DNA of 64,000 nt, taken from an uncultured Nitrososphaerales archaeon. GTDB lineage: Archaea > Thermoproteota > Nitrososphaeria > Nitrososphaerales > Nitrososphaeraceae. Shown in pieces: positions 58,310 to 64,000 of this stretch. The stretch's first letter is position 1. Each line of letters starts with the position of its first letter. The translations under genes and the position numbers were made by a program. The DNA lies in contig CAVPXM010000069.1 in assembly GCA_963709405.1 (NCBI GenBank), forward strand, positions 56,198 through 120,197. The letters are read 5' to 3'. The notes beneath the pieces were generated by a model. It did no database searches and had not been told where the DNA came from. It was given only the letters and a program-made list of their open reading frames with translations.

Positions 58310-58849
58310 GGAATAAATGAGCTTTTTTCACACTATCGAATCCAGTCAATCAAATTCCCTTTAGAAGACCTGTCAAGTAATGAGGAGTGGTGGGGTAGGT
58401 AAATCAGTAAAGGAAATAGTATCCTCTCAAAAAGGTATCCTTCAAAAAAGCTCTGATAACAAACCCTTTTCTAGCTAATTCGGTAGGGAATAGTCGTTTG
58501 AGATACGCTTATTGTAAATTATAAAAAGGGAAAGAAAGAAGTAATTAGGAGTACGAATCAGACTCTTGAATGGAAGTCGATGATTCCAACCTGGAGCAGC
58601 AAATCAAAAGATCACGTATTGCCTTCAGACCATCAGAGTCGTAATGACATCACATCACTTCTATGCATTGCTTCTAAGAATTTTGGCACATTTTCTATGG
58701 ACTGAAAATGCTGATGAGCGTTTATAATAGCGTATTTCACAAGTTAATAACATCTATCCCCGTAAGGTTATAGTTAGTGATTGTTCGATGGTTGTCATAT
58801 TTTATCGCCTATTAGAATTTGTTTCATTCTACCAACATCTATTGTGCCA

Positions 58850-59023
58850 TTACGTCGAACAATAACAATAATTACATAGAAAAAGGTCTAATATCCGGTG
58901 ATATTCTAGCATAGGCTTCTGGCATATTGAGCATTCTATTCGTACATCTGTTTTAATAGCTTGGCCGTCTTCGAATATCCATTTCAAAGTTCGCCATTCT
59001 TGTAGGGTCTGTGGTGCTCCCAT
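58850..59023 (-). CDS. 57-aa Zn-finger microprotein
   Basis: MGAPQTLQEWRTLKWIFEDGQAIKTDVRIECSICQKPMLEYHRILDLFLCNYCYCST. Confidence 0.5.
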   Translation of the reverse strand: MGAPQTLQEWRTLKWIFEDGQAIKTDVRIECSICQKPMLEYHRILDLFLCNYCYCST

Positions 59024-59404
59024 CGACGGTTATTTCGAAACACTCAGATATGGAGATATGTTCACTTTCTTCTACAAAAAAGGTTAATGGTCTTTTGCTG
59101 GAGTATGAACTTAGTTAGAGCTGTTTAGGGCTATGAAGTGAACATATAGGAGAGGTTCATTCTTGCTAGGGTCATGGATATAAATGAGGCTAACATTTTA
59201 GCAGGTCGTGCAAAATCAGTTTAAGCAAGACATTACACTCTTTACGAATTACATAGAATAACTGATTTATATATTCGGAGCTGGGAAAGATTAGGTGTCA
59301 CGTTCTGAAGCGAAACTCCAGAATCAGCAAGAATATGCTTGTAAGTTTGGCTATTGTATTGGGGTACTTTTCGATATTTCTATGCATTTAGTTCACAAAA
59401 TAAT

Positions 59405-60712
59405 CTAATTTGTAAAGGATAACTGTGACAATTCCTGTCGAACCTTGCTCAGAATCTCTATTATCTTTTTATTGCTGGTTGTTTTCACATGACTGGTAGT
59501 CGGAGTCAGCATCATCGTGTCTATCGTCTTAATCATCCCTTTGGTCAGGTCACCTGCAGAGTAGGTTCTACTCAATATACTAAGATATGTCTCTGCAACC
59601 TTCAAGATATCATTCTCACTTAAACCGAGCTGAAAAAGTTTCGTTACCATCGGACCTACCAAGGGTTGAGCCCTCAGTATCTGCATCATCTTTTCTCGCT
59701 CCTGCTTGAGTGTCTGAATCTGCAAGTTAAGGCTTTCTTTCTCGGATTCAAAGCCCAGTTTAGCATCGTATTGGGTTTCTATGTCTTTGAAGAATTTACC
59801 AACAGCCAGCCAGTGGTTTATTCCGTTTGAGTTCGTAATATCCAGGATTGTGTTTAGCAAGATTCTCAGCTCCTTTGAGCCAAAACCGATATTTGCCAGT
59901 TCGTTGTAAACAGACAGGTTTTCTGAATGTAAGTTGATTGAGTGTCGGAGTGAATAGTCTTGCTGATTAAGTTTTGCAAGGTCCTTTTCCATTTCATCTG
60001 TTGCGATCTCCAAGGCTAGTCGTTTATGAGCTAGATATTGAATATCCTGAAATTCTGCAAGTACCCTTTCAGGCTCGAATCCAAATTCTGCAATGCACTT
60101 GACGCTTTTTGCAAATTTCTGAAAATCCTCAGTTATAGATAATTTATGTTTATCTAGTTCTTGCTTTGCATCAAAATAGGACTTAATCTCCTCAGTGGCT
60201 TTTCTTTTTTGCTCCAAAACCCAGTCCCGGCTCTTTTTGAGTTCTGACATTTGCTCATCTAGAGTGGATATCTGATCCCTTAATTCTTGCAGTTCTTTCT
60301 CCAATTCTATTTTCTTGACTGTCTTTTGATTTATATAATCTTCGACTTCAGGTAGTCGAACGTGATCTGAAAATTTGATAAGGTCTTCAATATAAGTGAC
60401 GATTTTACTTGACGTGACTCCAAGGTTCTTGCATTTTTTGTATATGTCAGATATAAGGTGCATCTATATTCTGCTCACTTAATATTTTCGTAGTTCTAAA
60501 ACCCATCGCACATTGAGCCGGAGAAAGACCGGCGATTCTGAGTAATTTTGCTAAATCCCTCAGCGCATCTGCTTCATATTCACCAAGAGCATTTGTCCAC
60601 CGTTGATTATGTTACTCACGACCTAGCCGCGTGCTATGGCATCTCGGCTAAGGCCCTGGAGCCATTGTATGATAACATGTGATTTTATAGCTTCTGGAAT
60701 TGCTGCAGGCAT
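59405..60712 (-). CDS. HTH plus long coiled-coil protein, disrupted in its 5' part (possible pseudogene)
   Basis: MPAAIPEAIKSHVIIQWLQGLSRDAIAR and ALGEYEADALRDLAKLLR..GLSPAQCAMGFR lie upstream of ORF 59405-60463 in shifted frames. Confidence 0.7.
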
Positions 60713-61277
60713 ATTCGTATTCTACTTACTTAAGTATCAACGACGGTTTATATGGTCATCGTCAAATAGCACGTCAAATGAGTCAATACGCCGTCAAATT
60801 CATCAAGTAGCATATTTGAACTCAAGAAGACCGTGTAATGAGAAGCGTTACTTTAGGTAATTAAGCCAAAATTGAAAATAACTTAAAGTTACAACCGACA
60901 AGTTTTTGCTTTCGTGGTGACTATCGCACAAAAAAATTGCGGCAGGATAAATATGGAAATCTATACAAGGTGAAAAAATATCTTTATGATAAGCTATCTA
61001 AAATAGAACGTGAGGCGAAGCGATTGCAAGAATTACCAAAAATTGAGGTAAGCAAAATACTAAACCACATTTTTTGGCAATTAGTGAAATGTAGTTAGTA
61101 ATCCTACAGAACCACTATAGCCGCACTTATCACAGTAAATCCTGGACTTTAGAGCTGACAGGACCACTCCTATACCTGCTTACTTCAGAAAATTAGGCTA
61201 TACTTACCTGGATACAGCTAAACTCAAAGAGAAAAAATACATTATTCTAATTAGAGAATATCTGCTAATTGATATAG

Positions 61278-61502
61278 TTAGCCATGGATCTCTTTTTCTA
61301 ACGCTTCCTTTAACATATGTATGTGTTTTAGCCTATCCTTTTTTATAATTTGCCACATTTCTACCAAGTCCTGTCTGTTCGCGTTCTGTGCATCTTTGAT
61401 ATACTTATCAATAGTATCGTATAGAAAATCTGCATCTTTTCCTAAAACCTTTAGTATGTCATATGCGGTATTTGTTAGTTCGGTTGAAGTACTTTCACTC
61501 AT
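61278..61502 (-). CDS. Small two-helix (half-ferritin-like) protein
   Basis: YDILKVL...DKYIKDA...IKKDRLKHIHMLKEAL; TATA box upstream. Confidence 0.75.
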   Translation of the reverse strand: MSESTSTELTNTAYDILKVLGKDADFLYDTIDKYIKDAQNANRQDLVEMWQIIKKDRLKHIHMLKEALEKEIHG

Positions 61503-61621
61503 TATATCTTTATGACCGATAAGCTATATAACGAATCCTACTTAATAGGTGTAGACACTAACATGAAGAATACCTTTAGGTGTCGCTATTATTGCTCCTC
61601 TAAAGCAATGATATTCTAAGC

Positions 61622-62273
61622 GGACTCTATAAAGTTGAGATATCGACTCCTTGTTTTGACGACAAACAAACAGATTCAACCATTACATTTATTTTTTCTA
61701 CAAGGAAATTAATCATGGACCCTTTCCGTTCTATCTTTGATATATTGTATCGTTCTCTCTCGATTATGCTTTTCTCAAATGCAGAATGAAGATGGTGTCT
61801 CATTCTTAAGAATTTACAGTCCTGTGGTGGATACCATGTACGTCCATCTGTTGAAACAGGATGTTCTCCATATCTTTTCACAAGGTTTGATATAAAACGT
61901 TCCGCAACAAACATGTTTCTCCCTTTCTTTGGATACGCTTATTTGAAGGATTTCTCGGTTATCGTTTTCAATGGCTATCCATAACCAGATATAGTGAGTC
62001 AATTTTCATCAATTACAAATTCGGTAATACGTAACTTTTTAGAACCTAATATCTCGGGTTTCTATTTTTGAATCCAGTCTCTTATTGCACTATGGCTCCT
62101 TTTAACAAATCTGGACACAGCTTTGGATGTATTTCTTAGTGAAAGACCAAGGAAATAAAGAAAGATACAGAGAATATGCTATATCCTCAGGTTCTGTTCT
62201 CTTTCTTATTTGACATATCATAAACTATATCCGAGACATATGTCTATAGATTTTTCATTGACTTTACAGATCC
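61622..62273 (-). mobile_element. Decayed IS6-family insertion sequence (~650 bp) with DDE transposase pseudogene (about 61627-62216)
   Basis: YFLGLSLR, SAIRDWIQK, VIDE, WLWIAIE, VSTDG..WYP, KSIIER and YIKDRT. Imperfect TIRs GGACTCTATAAAGT (61622) and the reverse complement of ACTTTACAGATCC (ending 62273). Confidence 0.85.
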
Positions 62274-62448
62274 AAATTTGGTATTTTCTTCCATATATAT
62301 AAGACAAAAGTTCATTTTATAATATGAAGGATATGATATATATATACGATATAAAACAGTAAACGAAATCACCTCATAACTTTCTAATTATTCACTTCCA
62401 GAATTGTAGAGAACAATAACCAACAGATGCGAGGTTTGACAAACTAAT

Positions 62449-62697
62449 TTATTCCAAATCCGGCTTTATCTCTTCCTTTAGATAAGACATCGAATGTTGC
62501 AAATCCCTTGCCAGTATGACTGGATTACGAAAGAGCATGTCGATTATAGAAGTTCTTAATGCAATTTTATGAGTGATAGCGGCTACAAAAGTAAATGTTT
62601 CCAATGGATCAAATATGTGTTGCCAGTCCAGGGAACTTTCCATCTTAGGTTTCGGGTTATAGACTTTGCGGATCACTGTGTTATGAAAAATTAGCAA
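62449..62697 (-). pseudogene. LLM (luciferase-like) flavin/F420 oxidoreductase fragment
   Basis: DPLETFTFVAAITHKIALRTSIIDMLFRNPVILAR. Confidence 0.7.
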
Positions 62698-62799
62698 TCT
62701 AGATTATTATATTTTCTTGATACTCTTGCAAATAAATCAATTATACGTAGTAGCAATACAGTTTATTGCTCTATCAGAGAATATCAAGTATGTATTTGA

Positions 62800-63370
62800 T
62801 CATGTTATGAATCAGTTTGTATGTCTCTTGTTCGTTCTTCTCTTAATTCCTTGTACTATTTTCTGCCGTTCTTAGAATTAGTGTAAACAGTTCAAAGCCA
62901 AACAATCCTCGTACCGTTTCTATGCCATCGAGTATCAGTTCTTTATATTTTTCATTATCATACGGTAGCAGTAGAAACCCTTTATGTGTGTATTCTCTAT
63001 GGGAACAACTCTACAAGGAGGATTATTGTGTTGCGAGTTTGTATAGATGTAACGTATACTGTCACCTTTTAAAGGATACCTTAGCTGTATCATTGCTTGA
63101 TTTAATCGCTCCTGAGACATGAGGAGTTTAACTTCTTACTTATCAATGCCTTGCCTAAGTAGTTTGAAATGACGAGGTCTTGCTGCTCAAATTATAAAGT
63201 GAGTTAGTCGCTAACAGTTAACGGTTATCCATCCGAGGAGTTTCCCCTCATCATTATATTCAATTTAGTTGTCAGCTAGGTTGTAATTATCGATAGCAAA
63301 TACGACAAGAACACCTTATCCCAAACTGGCAAAACCTTGTCTTTATGACTACGAGAGGCCTAATTCATTG
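62800..63370 (-). pseudogene. Family B DNA polymerase C-terminal remnant
   Basis: QDLVIS, KGDSIRYIYTNSQHNNP.CRVVP and YDNEKYKELILDGIETV in broken frames. Confidence 0.65.
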
Positions 63371-63581
63371 GCATCTGAACAATATTCATGCGTTCAAATG
63401 TTCTACCCAGTAATTATTAGTTATTATCTCTCGAAAAATAACTAAATCCATCATGCATGATGATTCTTTCCACTTCAATAGCTTTAGATGATGATCGGCT
63501 TGTTTTCATTTTCAGTAATCTTGTCCTTCTTGTAATTTTCCTACTACTTTCAATACTTGCCATTATTGTCGGAACCTCCTT

Positions 63582-63726
63582 CTACTTCAATAAGCCAACT
63601 TGCTTGTAGAAACAAGGCTTCATTGATTTGTCATGTATCTTGCAGGCCGTAAAGTGCCATGCTGATTCCAACGCAAAGAATGCTGGTTGCAAATCCAAGA
63701 CCTATGTATGCTATATTTTCCAACAT
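63582..63726 (-). CDS. Small membrane peptide (one frameshift)
   Basis: MLENIAYIGLGFATSIL / ALESAWHFTACKIHDKSMKPCFYKQVGLLK; TATA-like sequence upstream. Confidence 0.5.
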
Positions 63727-64000
63727 ATTTACTCTAATATATCTGAAAGGTATAAAGCTGTTGGGGAAAATACTGAACAAATAACAATTACATTTCTTTA
63801 TAATTAATATTTGATAAATATAATTTACAAAATACTAGGATTACCATCTATTTGTAAAATGGGTCAAGATTGTCTTAATCAAGAATGGCTTCTAGACTAT
63901 GAAAACGATATGATAAATTCGTCAAGTACATATTTGGGGATAGCCAGAGGCGCCACAATTGGTTGATATATGATATAGAGTATTACGTAAAGATGGTAAA

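Overview
AT-rich archaeal chromosome segment, most consistent with a soil-type ammonia-oxidising archaeon (Nitrososphaeraceae). This is inferred from gene content: stand-alone histidine kinase and receiver genes, MEDS, RHH regulator, PsbP-like, YVTN and DUF4242 proteins, IS6, and many microproteins. It is an accessory region of low coding density; no rRNA, tRNA or CRISPR array was found. Many otherwise intact genes are split by single-base indels, probably long-read errors. Several others are true pseudogenes with stops or deletions (second P450, SDR, PQQ dehydrogenase, patatin, ADH, kinase, IS6, PolB). The most unusual feature is a secreted-protein island at about 5.9-15.5 kb. It contains an Ig-stalk/YVTN adhesin and a gene encoding signal anchor + (GNGGSGDG)x11 + His-rich linker + 20 Cys-rich [13 protein letters not shown]-type repeats + a C-terminal domain, followed 13 nt later by a subtilase. 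The block from 8341 to 15372 is bracketed by two copies of the YVTN gene 3' end. All calls come from reading the sequence; no database searches were run.
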